27,344 nucleotides of DNA from NCBI GenBank assembly GCA_037142195.1, contig JBAXBA010000048.1:1-27344 (forward strand), in the 5' to 3' direction. The translations under genes and the position numbers were made by a program. The stretch is from Pseudomonadota bacterium (GTDB taxonomy: Bacteria; Bdellovibrionota_B; Oligoflexia; Oligoflexales; CAIMVM01). The notes below the pieces were generated by a model, which saw only the letters and a list, made by a program, of their open reading frames with translations, was not told the origin of the DNA and did not search any database. Positions 8,538-16,919 of the stretch are shown in pieces (the first letter of the stretch is position 1; every line of letters begins with the position of its first letter).

Positions 8538-9470
8538 CTACTTATAAATTGCTTGAAGGGGTACCAATTTATTGAGACCTTTAAGGAAAAGAGGCTTCGA
8601 TCCATTGGCATTTGGAGATCCAGCAAAACCTAAGGCTTTGACCACTGGATCTGGATCCAGGGATTCGCACTTAAGTTCGTATCTATCATTTTTTACAGTA
8701 TTCGCCGTGCAAAATGACACACCGTCATTTTCACGTTTCAATTGCCCCATTCTGTAGCCAATATACTTTGTTGTAGAAACTTTCAGTTCGTATTTTTGGG
8801 AGACTTGCCAAGTCGTACCAAAGCCAAATTCTAAAAGGGTATTAGGGTCGACAACGGTCAAATCAATGGCGCCACCGTTTGACGAAAAGAATTTAAAAGA
8901 CATACCATCGACCACTAGGGCTTCTCTAATATAGCCTAGTTTGTCGAGTGCATCTTTACAAGCATTTTGCATCGTGCCCGTTTTGGGATCCATGTAGTTT
9001 TCTGGCATAGAGTTTCGGTAAAACGAGATCAGTTTTACGGCGTCCATATATTCACGCTTGGGTGCAGAATAACTAAACTCAATGGTTTGTGCTTTGTCGA
9101 ATTGAACCCCAGCTTTAACTGGCGAGTTTCCTTTCCCAAGCGCACTCACGAGACCGACACGGGCATTTCCTGAGACTCTATACGATGAGGTTTTCGAAGG
9201 AAGATCGATAGCCGCTAATGCCCTAATTTCTGTTTTCTTTTGCGTCTGTGAATCAATATCCGGAAAACACCGTTGAGGACCTGCATAGATATTCATAGCT
9301 TTTGCGGAGCCCCCGACCAAAGTACCGGTACCTGCCTCCGCTATAGGAGCCTCATAGGGAATAAATCCCAGTTTAAGCAAATCAGCCCTTAAATAGTCTT
9401 CTGGTTGCATATTTCCACAACCCACTAACCCGGTTAAGATTCCCATTGCACACCAGACGTTTCTTTTCAT
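8538..9470 (-). CDS. Gasdermin-like protein with lipoprotein signal peptide (310 aa)
   Basis: GAGGAG RBS before ATG 9470; MKRNVWCAMGILTGLVG-C lipobox. Mature region carries bGSDM-like blocks in the expected order: DYLRADLLKLGFIPYEAP....GTGTLV; FDKAQTIEFSYSAPKREYMDAVKLISF; YIREALVVDGMSFKF....GGAIDLTV; YELKVSTTKYIGYRMGQL. Alignment is by eye to recalled sequences. Confidence 0.72.
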   Translation of the reverse strand: MKRNVWCAMGILTGLVGCGNMQPEDYLRADLLKLGFIPYEAPIAEAGTGTLVGGSAKAMNIYAGPQRCFPDIDSQTQKKTEIRALAAIDLPSKTSSYRVSGNARVGLVSALGKGNSPVKAGVQFDKAQTIEFSYSAPKREYMDAVKLISFYRNSMPENYMDPKTGTMQNACKDALDKLGYIREALVVDGMSFKFFSSNGGAIDLTVVDPNTLLEFGFGTTWQVSQKYELKVSTTKYIGYRMGQLKRENDGVSFCTANTVKNDRYELKCESLDPDPVVKALGFAGSPNANGSKPLFLKGLNKLVPLQAIYK

Positions 9471-9719
9471 TGTTGTCTCCTCTAATGATGACTTGGAAGA
9501 CTCGGAGGTGCCAGGCAAAAAACTTCAAACCTTTGGGTTTTTACATAATTATCGCTAATTTAGAGTCCTCTATTATGAGATTGTATTTTCCAAGAGGTGA
9601 GCGCTAAGACGAATTTGCCGAGCCATCTAAACTCGCAACCTGCTGATATTAAAAGCCTTAACATTTAATCTAGGCGAACCTGCTAGAATTTTAGAGAAAC
9701 TCTCGCATTAGGTGATTCT

Positions 9720-12683
9720 ATGGTCATACGTATCCTTTTGGCTTTCTCCACTTATCTGTTTTTGACGAGTTCGCAAACAGTGCGCGCTGAGACCCCGATT
9801 TTGCCGTTTCCCAGTGTGGCGCGGGATCAAAACCTGTTTCTCCTAGGTCTTCGTGACGGAAATTCGAGCTTAGTGGAAGAAACCTCACCACCTGATATCG
9901 GAGAACTCCTCGATAAAATCAAAGCATCGGAAAATGACGCCGATGAGGACAAGAAAAGAACTCCCAGTGAGTTAGAAGATATTCTTGTAAAAGTCATACG
10001 AGCATCTGAAGCAATAGAAGACGTTAAGTTTAAAAAAGTTCCTGGCGCTGTATTTACAACAGCCCAAGAGGCAGATCTTAGCCAGCTTAAATTGAAGAAA
10101 GAAAAAATTCTTTTCCTTCTCACGACGGCCTACCAGAACAATCCAGAACGTCTCAGTCAATTTAAATTCTATACGGCGGCAAGCAGTCCAGACTCCAGTC
10201 TTTCCAAACAGACTTTTCTGGAATTGTCTGCCAATAAAAAAGCGTCTACCTCCATCCGCAATAGAGCCCTGGCCGTTGTCACTTACGATCGAATTCGAAG
10301 CGATGCGTATGTTCGAGATGCTAGAAAACTAAAAGAGTTTATCGAATCAAGGAAGGACGTATACCAGAAATCAAATCTAGCATTTCAACTTCAGCTAAAT
10401 CTTATAACTGCTAGAGCTTTGGCTGGTATCCATGACACCGCAAAGGTGAGAAATCCAGATCCTCTATACAAAAAGTATCTCAATGATGCCGTAAAAAATC
10501 TCGCTGGAGTTGCAAAAGCCATTCGGGAAAAAGCCATCGATGAAGTTCTTTGGATATGGCGCAGTGCAGACCCGAAAGACAGCTGGTTTAGCCTTCCTTT
10601 TGACGCGGCTGCTATAAAGAACACGGAGACGATTGCGGCCATCCATGAAAGACGCTCTCTTGAGCTCTATGCCAAAGGGCAAATCATGGAAGCGATCAAA
10701 ATCACCCGAAACCTAGAAGACTCTCTCCCTTCCAAAACCCCATGGCGCATTCGCCTTTTGGCCTGGCATAAAGCGTCTTGGATGAAATCAAATCAGTTTT
10801 TAGCCTTAGAAACAGAGATTTCGAGACAATTAGATACAGAAAAAACACCTGATAGACCTGCTGCTCTAACTCAGGAGTATCTATCCCTTATCAAAGCGGA
10901 AGCCCTGAAAGCTAAGAAGAAACCCGAAGCAGGAAAATTGGTGATTCCGCTTGCCGACCGCTATCTCGCAAAAACAAAACCCAGTCCAGATCATAAAGCA
11001 GAAATTTTGGAGCTCACGGCAGTACTCTACCAAGGAATGGGTCAAAATAAAGATGCGGGCATCAGGCAAAATGCCGCTGGCGATATAGCCACCAAAAAAG
11101 AAAACAAAATACGACTCTATGGACTTGCCATTAAGTCTCAAAGCAAAGTTGCCGGTTGGAGCGAAGAGGCTCCTTGGTTTAAGAATAAAGCTAAAGTACC
11201 TTCTGAACTCAGCCTCCTGCGTAAATATTATGGGGATGCACTGGACCAGCAGCCTGACAATTGGAAACTTGCCGCCCACAGCGGTCTGATTGCCATGGCT
11301 CAAAATGAAACCATAGTCGCTTTCAAACTTTGGAATCAGCTGCTTCAAAAGAACACTAGCGGCATCCACGCCAACAATGCCGCATGGTTAATGTTAACAA
11401 CCTATCAAAACGCTAAACAATGGGAAGACCTCGAAGTCCTGGCTCGGCTCCTTGTAAAGGCCCGAGTCAATCCTAAAGCTAATGGCAAAAGTCTCTCTTC
11501 TAGTGATCTCTTAGCATTGGCCCTTTACGAAGGTGGAACAGCGGCCTTTGCAACCTCAAACTTTCAAAAAGCCATTCTAAAACTAACGGAATATGTCGAC
11601 GCCTTTTCCAAGCCCAACGAAGATCATGCCCTTTGGCTTTTAAGTATGTCGCTGCACAAAACAAATCGTTTTATCGATGCGATTGTTAGGGCCCATGATA
11701 TGACCAAAAGGTTTCCCACTTCTAAGGAGTGGCTGATTGCCAATGCAACGGCGTTTCAGTGGTCAGAAGATGCAGCTCAGGAGCCTTATGCCCTCATTTT
11801 CTCTGGGAATTATCTCTCCCGAGATGGCAAGTCCGACAAGGGTTTAGCTCTCAGACGCCGCCTCATTCAGCTCTTGATAGGCCTCGAACGCTATGGACTT
11901 GCGATTGCAAGGATTAAAGAACATCAACAAACCGGCAGACTCTCAAAACAAGAAGATTTGGATTGTAGCTATCAAATTCTCTATCTCGAAGAGCATTACG
12001 GCAAGTCTTCATCAGCATTTACGGCAGCGGAAACCGTACTTAGAAAGAATCCCAACAATTGGCAAAAAGCAGAGGCTTTTGGCGCAAAAGCCAAGTACCT
12101 AGGTGAAAAAAACGATCTGTCTGGAATTTCTAAACTTGAAGCTCAAGTATCCGCTCTCTCTGGAGACGACTATCTTTTCGTTCAAAAGTCCGCTCAGATG
12201 CGCTTAACCCTCGCTAAAGCTGTGCCCATTGATGCCATGCTGAGGACCGTCAATAATATTACTTTAAAAGATCCTAAGGCAGCTTTGAAAACTAAGATAG
12301 ACGAATTCGGTGCCTATGAACGCAGGATGAAAACCGTCTGCGACATAGGACCAACAGCTTACTGTGCTTTGGCTCTCATCACAATTTCCAACACGGGTGC
12401 CGCGTTTTTACCTGTCCTGAATGACATTAACATCAATCCGACTCTTGGTGATGAGGAGACTGTCCCCTATAACACCTACAAAAAGTCTGCCATGGACCGG
12501 ATCTCTGCTCTTATGGATAGCTCTGAAAAGAAAGCCTACGATATTGTGATCGACGGGGAATCTGATCCGACAACCGCGCTTGATGTGATTTGGCGTACGT
12601 CCAACGATTGGAACTTCGAGCCGGTTACAGGCTCGGAAGGAAAAGGCTACGTCCAACTTCAAATCACGAAAGGAGCGAATTAA
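9720..12683 (+). CDS. Large exported TPR protein, GltD/AgmU-like
   Basis: Signal peptide, helical TPR-like repeats, and a C-terminal LKTK...Y...V..IG...YCALAL..I....AAF...L...NPTL..EE...Y block resembling myxobacterial/Bdellovibrio GltD-type proteins. TPR call is firm; GltD call is moderate. Confidence 0.65.
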   Translation: MVIRILLAFSTYLFLTSSQTVRAETPILPFPSVARDQNLFLLGLRDGNSSLVEETSPPDIGELLDKIKASENDADEDKKRTPSELEDILVKVIRASEAIEDVKFKKVPGAVFTTAQEADLSQLKLKKEKILFLLTTAYQNNPERLSQFKFYTAASSPDSSLSKQTFLELSANKKASTSIRNRALAVVTYDRIRSDAYVRDARKLKEFIESRKDVYQKSNLAFQLQLNLITARALAGIHDTAKVRNPDPLYKKYLNDAVKNLAGVAKAIREKAIDEVLWIWRSADPKDSWFSLPFDAAAIKNTETIAAIHERRSLELYAKGQIMEAIKITRNLEDSLPSKTPWRIRLLAWHKASWMKSNQFLALETEISRQLDTEKTPDRPAALTQEYLSLIKAEALKAKKKPEAGKLVIPLADRYLAKTKPSPDHKAEILELTAVLYQGMGQNKDAGIRQNAAGDIATKKENKIRLYGLAIKSQSKVAGWSEEAPWFKNKAKVPSELSLLRKYYGDALDQQPDNWKLAAHSGLIAMAQNETIVAFKLWNQLLQKNTSGIHANNAAWLMLTTYQNAKQWEDLEVLARLLVKARVNPKANGKSLSSSDLLALALYEGGTAAFATSNFQKAILKLTEYVDAFSKPNEDHALWLLSMSLHKTNRFIDAIVRAHDMTKRFPTSKEWLIANATAFQWSEDAAQEPYALIFSGNYLSRDGKSDKGLALRRRLIQLLIGLERYGLAIARIKEHQQTGRLSKQEDLDCSYQILYLEEHYGKSSSAFTAAETVLRKNPNNWQKAEAFGAKAKYLGEKNDLSGISKLEAQVSALSGDDYLFVQKSAQMRLTLAKAVPIDAMLRTVNNITLKDPKAALKTKIDEFGAYERRMKTVCDIGPTAYCALALITISNTGAAFLPVLNDININPTLGDEETVPYNTYKKSAMDRISALMDSSEKKAYDIVIDGESDPTTALDVIWRTSNDWNFEPVTGSEGKGYVQLQITKGAN

Positions 12684-13642
12684 TGCTAAGATCAAATCAA
12701 GATTCTCTTTTCAAAGAAGCAACTAGCAAGCTCCCTATTTCTCAGCAAAAAACTAAGATCCAAGCGACCAGAAACGTGTTTTGGGCCTTTGTAGTCCTAG
12801 GCGTTTCCGCCTGTGTCCACCAAAATAGCCTCTCTTCTAAAGAAGTGGAAAATGCGCTGGTTCTTAAGTCTGGCGACCAAGGAGCCGTCATGAATGCCGG
12901 TGTCTCAGATGCAGAATGGCTGAAACGGACGAATGCCACAGAGTTATCCAGAGACCGGGTTGAGGCTGAGATGGTCACAGGAAAGCATGAGAAATCAGAA
13001 GAGTCTGCAAGAGATCTCTTAGCTAGAAATCCTGCGTCTAAAGAAGGTCTTGAAGCACTTGCCACAAGCCTCTACCTGCAAGGACGCCATGAAAAAGCGG
13101 CCTACTATGCCAAGCTGCTCAGCGAAAAATATCCCAATAATACGGTTGCCTTAAATATTTCTGGTTTGACTTTGATGAAGCGCGGCAACGATCCCCAAGA
13201 TTTGAGACAAGCAAAAAACTTGTTTGAATCGGCATTTAGTGATGACATCAAGGAGATTGCGGCAGGATTAAACCTCGGGCACCTCCTTTTAGAAACGGGA
13301 AATTCGAAGCGCGCTGTTTCCATATTTGAACAAACTGCAAGCCGCTGTAACGACTGTTTGCAAGCGATTTTAGGTGCTAGCATAGCTGCTAGGCGGGCCA
13401 AAGACTTTAGCACTTCCAAGAACTATTTAGACCGTGCCATCCAAAGCAAGAGCCCTGTAGCTTACTACCATTTAGCTCTTTGGCACATCCAATCAAGCAA
13501 CGACCTCAAAAGCGCCCGTGAAGCTCTTGGAAAAGTACGATTTTATGCGCAAGATCCCAGCTCACTCATCCGTCAAAAAGCTGATTCTTTCTTTAAACAG
13601 GTGGTAGTTGATATGGAAAAAAAAGGGATCATCAATGAATAA
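12683..13642 (+). CDS. TPR lipoprotein, GltE/AglT-like
   Basis: TAATG coupling with AGGAG RBS gives ATG 12683; lipobox LGVSA-C; TPRs (AGLNLGHLLL..G...RA...FE, AYYHLAL). Confidence 0.7.
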   Translation: MLRSNQDSLFKEATSKLPISQQKTKIQATRNVFWAFVVLGVSACVHQNSLSSKEVENALVLKSGDQGAVMNAGVSDAEWLKRTNATELSRDRVEAEMVTGKHEKSEESARDLLARNPASKEGLEALATSLYLQGRHEKAAYYAKLLSEKYPNNTVALNISGLTLMKRGNDPQDLRQAKNLFESAFSDDIKEIAAGLNLGHLLLETGNSKRAVSIFEQTASRCNDCLQAILGASIAARRAKDFSTSKNYLDRAIQSKSPVAYYHLALWHIQSSNDLKSAREALGKVRFYAQDPSSLIRQKADSFFKQVVVDMEKKGIINE

Positions 13643-14696
13643 GCTAGTGGGGATGGCATTAATTGTTACTTTTGCCTGGAACTGTAGACCAAAATCTCAA
13701 ACGTCCAGAGTCGCCTATATTTTGGGAGCAAACGACATCGTCACTGTTTCCGAAAAAAACGATATTCCCAATGTGAGAAAAGCAACCGTCGTCATCGCAA
13801 CCCGAAAAACAAATGGTTCGTCCATATTCTGTACGGGAAGTATGATTAAAAACAAGGAGGGCGTGCTTCATGTCGTCACCAATCATCACTGCTTCGCCGA
13901 AGAAGGTCCTGATGGTTCCAAGTTAGATACCCTCATCCCAGAGGCATGCAAAGAGACGCGCATTTTTTTTGATTTTACCAGTGACAATAGCCGCAAAGCT
14001 CCTTTTGTCAAATGTCTCCCGGGCAGCTTGCGCACGGATCCAAGAATTGATGTCGGGGTTTTTCAGCTACAAGAAAACCCACCTTCTGATGCGCAATCTT
14101 TGTCTTTCTTTAAAGGAGATCCTTCAGGACGCAAGGCGCTCATCTTTCATCATCCCGCGCGAGTGGGTGGTTTTGCTAAAGACGCTGAAGACGATGTATC
14201 CTTGCCCGTAGCAGCACTTACCATCAATGACTGTAAAATATTAGGTTATTTTAGCCCCGATGATATCAAGTTAGACCAAGTCCTTCAGGTATCTCTGCGA
14301 CACACCTGTGATTTGGATCTTGGCTCTAGCGGTTCCGCTTTGATCGATGCTGAGACCTCTCAAGTGATTGGAATCAATTGGGGTGGGATCACCATTGTTG
14401 AAAATGACAAAGGGATTTCCCGCAAAGACAACACGGCTACTATGGCTGGCTTTGCAGAAGCTTTTCTAAATCAGATTCCCTACGAAATTCCAAATATTGC
14501 TGATTCTGGGCAAGTCAAGAAAAACAAAGTCAATGGGATCGGTTGTTCCCTCCAGGCAGGCCCCAAGTCCGTAAGTGACTTCGCTAAAGCCTCCGCGCTA
14601 CTAACCTTAGGATTCCTAGGAATACCCCTTTGGGTGCACTTTGCAAGAATCGGGAAAAACCCCAAGATAAAGTCTTTAATTTTCGGAAGTAAATAG
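13635..14696 (+). CDS. Trypsin-like (S1) serine protease, probable lipoprotein, with C-terminal Cys + TM anchor
   Basis: Triad TNHHC / DVGVF / DLDLGSSGS; ATG 13635 overlaps the previous stop; signal MNKLVGMALIVTFAWN-C; C-terminal GIGCS...LLTLGFLGIPLWVHFARIGK. Confidence 0.85.
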   Translation: MNKLVGMALIVTFAWNCRPKSQTSRVAYILGANDIVTVSEKNDIPNVRKATVVIATRKTNGSSIFCTGSMIKNKEGVLHVVTNHHCFAEEGPDGSKLDTLIPEACKETRIFFDFTSDNSRKAPFVKCLPGSLRTDPRIDVGVFQLQENPPSDAQSLSFFKGDPSGRKALIFHHPARVGGFAKDAEDDVSLPVAALTINDCKILGYFSPDDIKLDQVLQVSLRHTCDLDLGSSGSALIDAETSQVIGINWGGITIVENDKGISRKDNTATMAGFAEAFLNQIPYEIPNIADSGQVKKNKVNGIGCSLQAGPKSVSDFAKASALLTLGFLGIPLWVHFARIGKNPKIKSLIFGSK

Positions 14697-14718
14697 TGTA
14701 CTGATTTGGAGGATCAAC

Positions 14719-16908
14719 ATGGAACAATTCAAATCCCTTCTCAAAGAGTCCATCGCTCAAAAGGTTAGCTGTGTCTATCTCAAAGAAGGTAAAGAGCCTG
14801 TAGCAGATACTCCCACTGGCTCAAAAAATATTGGTCCGCTTGCTACGAAGAATTTTTTAGAGGACGTCTTTGGATTTTTATTTGCAACTTCAAAGGATGC
14901 CCTCGATGCCGGAGCTCCCACTCATGGTATTTTAAATATCGCAGGCTTAGGAAACTTGAATGTCCTAGGTTGGAAGCATGGAAAAGGGTGGCAGCTTGCC
15001 ATTTGCTTTCCGGTAACGGGAGATCAAAAGTTTTCAGATCTCAAAACAAAGTGGCAGAACGAATATGAAAACGAAAGTCGATTTTCCATTTCCGAGGAAC
15101 CGTCGAAAATTTCCGAACCTGGAAAAAGCCCCTTTCCTGATGCGCCTCCTTTGCCCTTTAAGCCTGGAGAGCTTGTAGATCTTAGAAGCGTTGGCTCCAA
15201 ACGAGATTCCGCCTTTGGCTCCTTTGATCCTACGGGGATGTCACAAGTAGCTAATATACCAGGAGAATCTCCCGAAGGTATTGAAGGCGACGAGGACGGG
15301 GAGCAGGGCTTTGGACTCAAAGGCTTCACGTCAATCTTGAACCCTGGTGTCAACCAACCCACCGCAATGGGATTGAGTTCGGCACCTTCTCTTACCCCAG
15401 GCCCTATAACCCCAACTCCCCTTAGCCAAGGCTTAGCGGCGCCTATACTTAAGCCTCTCCCACAAGCTGGAATTTTACGACCCGAGGTACCTGCACCCTT
15501 ACAAGCTCAGGCAGCAAACACGAGTATGCAATTCACATTGCCGCCAGAGGATAGCTCGCCCCCTTTAAAGGTAAGTGAGCTTAAGGTCGCACCTTTAGAA
15601 AACAGGCAACCCCCGGCGCTTCCAAACTCTGACCAACTGATGTCTTCAACGCCAGCAGCGGTTAAGCCTTTAGTTCCTGCCCCACCGCAACCTGCAGTCC
15701 AGAGGCAGTCGCCCCCCCCAGCAGCGTCTTCTGCAGCCCAAGAAAATAAACCCATTATTTTTGATGCCAATGACCCCGACAAAGTGGTGGTAAGAAGCGG
15801 AGATTTTGCTATCGATAGCCTTCTAAGACATATGATGGCCAAGAAAGCCTCCGACTTACACCTGACTTTAACCCAACCGCCTGTGCTCCGAGTAGACGGT
15901 GAGGTTGAGCGCCAAGAAATGCCTCTTCTAGATGCTGCAACCATGGAACGCTACCTCCTTCCGATCATGCCGCCTAAAAACCGCGAAGAGTTTTCTAGCG
16001 CTAACGATACAGACTTTGCTTATGAACTCCCCGGTGTTGGGCGTTTTAGGGTGAACATGTTTCGAGATGGCTATGGAGTTGGGGCCGTACTTCGCCAAAT
16101 TCCAGCTAAGATCTTAACGGCAGAGCAGTTAAAGCTCCCCAAGGCCATAACAGATTTCTGTGCCCTTACCAAAGGTCTTGTTCTGGTTACTGGTCCGACA
16201 GGTTCCGGCAAATCTACAACACTCGCCGCCATGATCGACAAAATCAACAAGGAACGCCATGAGCACATTTTGACGATTGAGGATCCCGTAGAATTTGTTC
16301 ATCCTCAGCAAAGATGCCTTGTCAATCAAAGGGAAGTGGGAAAGCACACCTCAAGCTTCAAACGAGCGCTTAAAGCAGCACTCCGAGAAGACCCTGATGT
16401 CATTCTCATTGGCGAGCTTAGAGATTTGGAGACCATTGCCATTGCTATTGAAACCGCAGAAACAGGTCACTTGGTTTTTGGTACTCTTCACACCAATACG
16501 GCCATTTCTACGGTTGACCGTATTATCGATCAATTCCCCTCGAACCAGCAATCTCAAATTAGAACCATGCTGGCTTCTAGTTTAAAAGGAGTAGTAGCTC
16601 AAACGCTCGTGAAAAAAATAGGTGGGGGACGTGTGGCAGCCCACGAAATCTTAGTGGTCGATGACGCTGTCTCAAGCAATATTCGGGAAGGCAAAAACCA
16701 CCTCATTCAGAACACCATGATAACCCAAAAAGCTGCGGGAAATCAGCTTCTTAACGAATGCCTCCTCACCCTTGCAAAAGACGGCCTCATTGAACCTATG
16801 GACGCCTATCTCAAATGTATTGATAAGAAGTCTCTCGTGGAACTTGCTAAAAGATGGAATATTCCCATGGCATTTGTGGATAAGGAAGGAAAGCTCCTAG
16901 CTTCTTAG
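14719..16908 (+). CDS. pilT: PilT-family type IV pilus retraction ATPase with ~360-aa N-terminal extension
   Basis: ASDLHL, GRFRVN, Walker A GPTGSGKST, TIEDPVE, AALREDPDVILIGELRD, AETGHLVFGTLHT, AVSSNIRE (AIRNLIRE variant). Confidence 0.92.
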   Translation: MEQFKSLLKESIAQKVSCVYLKEGKEPVADTPTGSKNIGPLATKNFLEDVFGFLFATSKDALDAGAPTHGILNIAGLGNLNVLGWKHGKGWQLAICFPVTGDQKFSDLKTKWQNEYENESRFSISEEPSKISEPGKSPFPDAPPLPFKPGELVDLRSVGSKRDSAFGSFDPTGMSQVANIPGESPEGIEGDEDGEQGFGLKGFTSILNPGVNQPTAMGLSSAPSLTPGPITPTPLSQGLAAPILKPLPQAGILRPEVPAPLQAQAANTSMQFTLPPEDSSPPLKVSELKVAPLENRQPPALPNSDQLMSSTPAAVKPLVPAPPQPAVQRQSPPPAASSAAQENKPIIFDANDPDKVVVRSGDFAIDSLLRHMMAKKASDLHLTLTQPPVLRVDGEVERQEMPLLDAATMERYLLPIMPPKNREEFSSANDTDFAYELPGVGRFRVNMFRDGYGVGAVLRQIPAKILTAEQLKLPKAITDFCALTKGLVLVTGPTGSGKSTTLAAMIDKINKERHEHILTIEDPVEFVHPQQRCLVNQREVGKHTSSFKRALKAALREDPDVILIGELRDLETIAIAIETAETGHLVFGTLHTNTAISTVDRIIDQFPSNQQSQIRTMLASSLKGVVAQTLVKKIGGGRVAAHEILVVDDAVSSNIREGKNHLIQNTMITQKAAGNQLLNECLLTLAKDGLIEPMDAYLKCIDKKSLVELAKRWNIPMAFVDKEGKLLAS

Positions 16909-16919
16909 AAAGACTCACT

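Noticed and set aside
9495..9515. Sigma54 promoter for the gasdermin-like gene (CTGGCAC on the minus strand)
   Set aside because: The -24 element matches but the -12 position reads TC, not GC.
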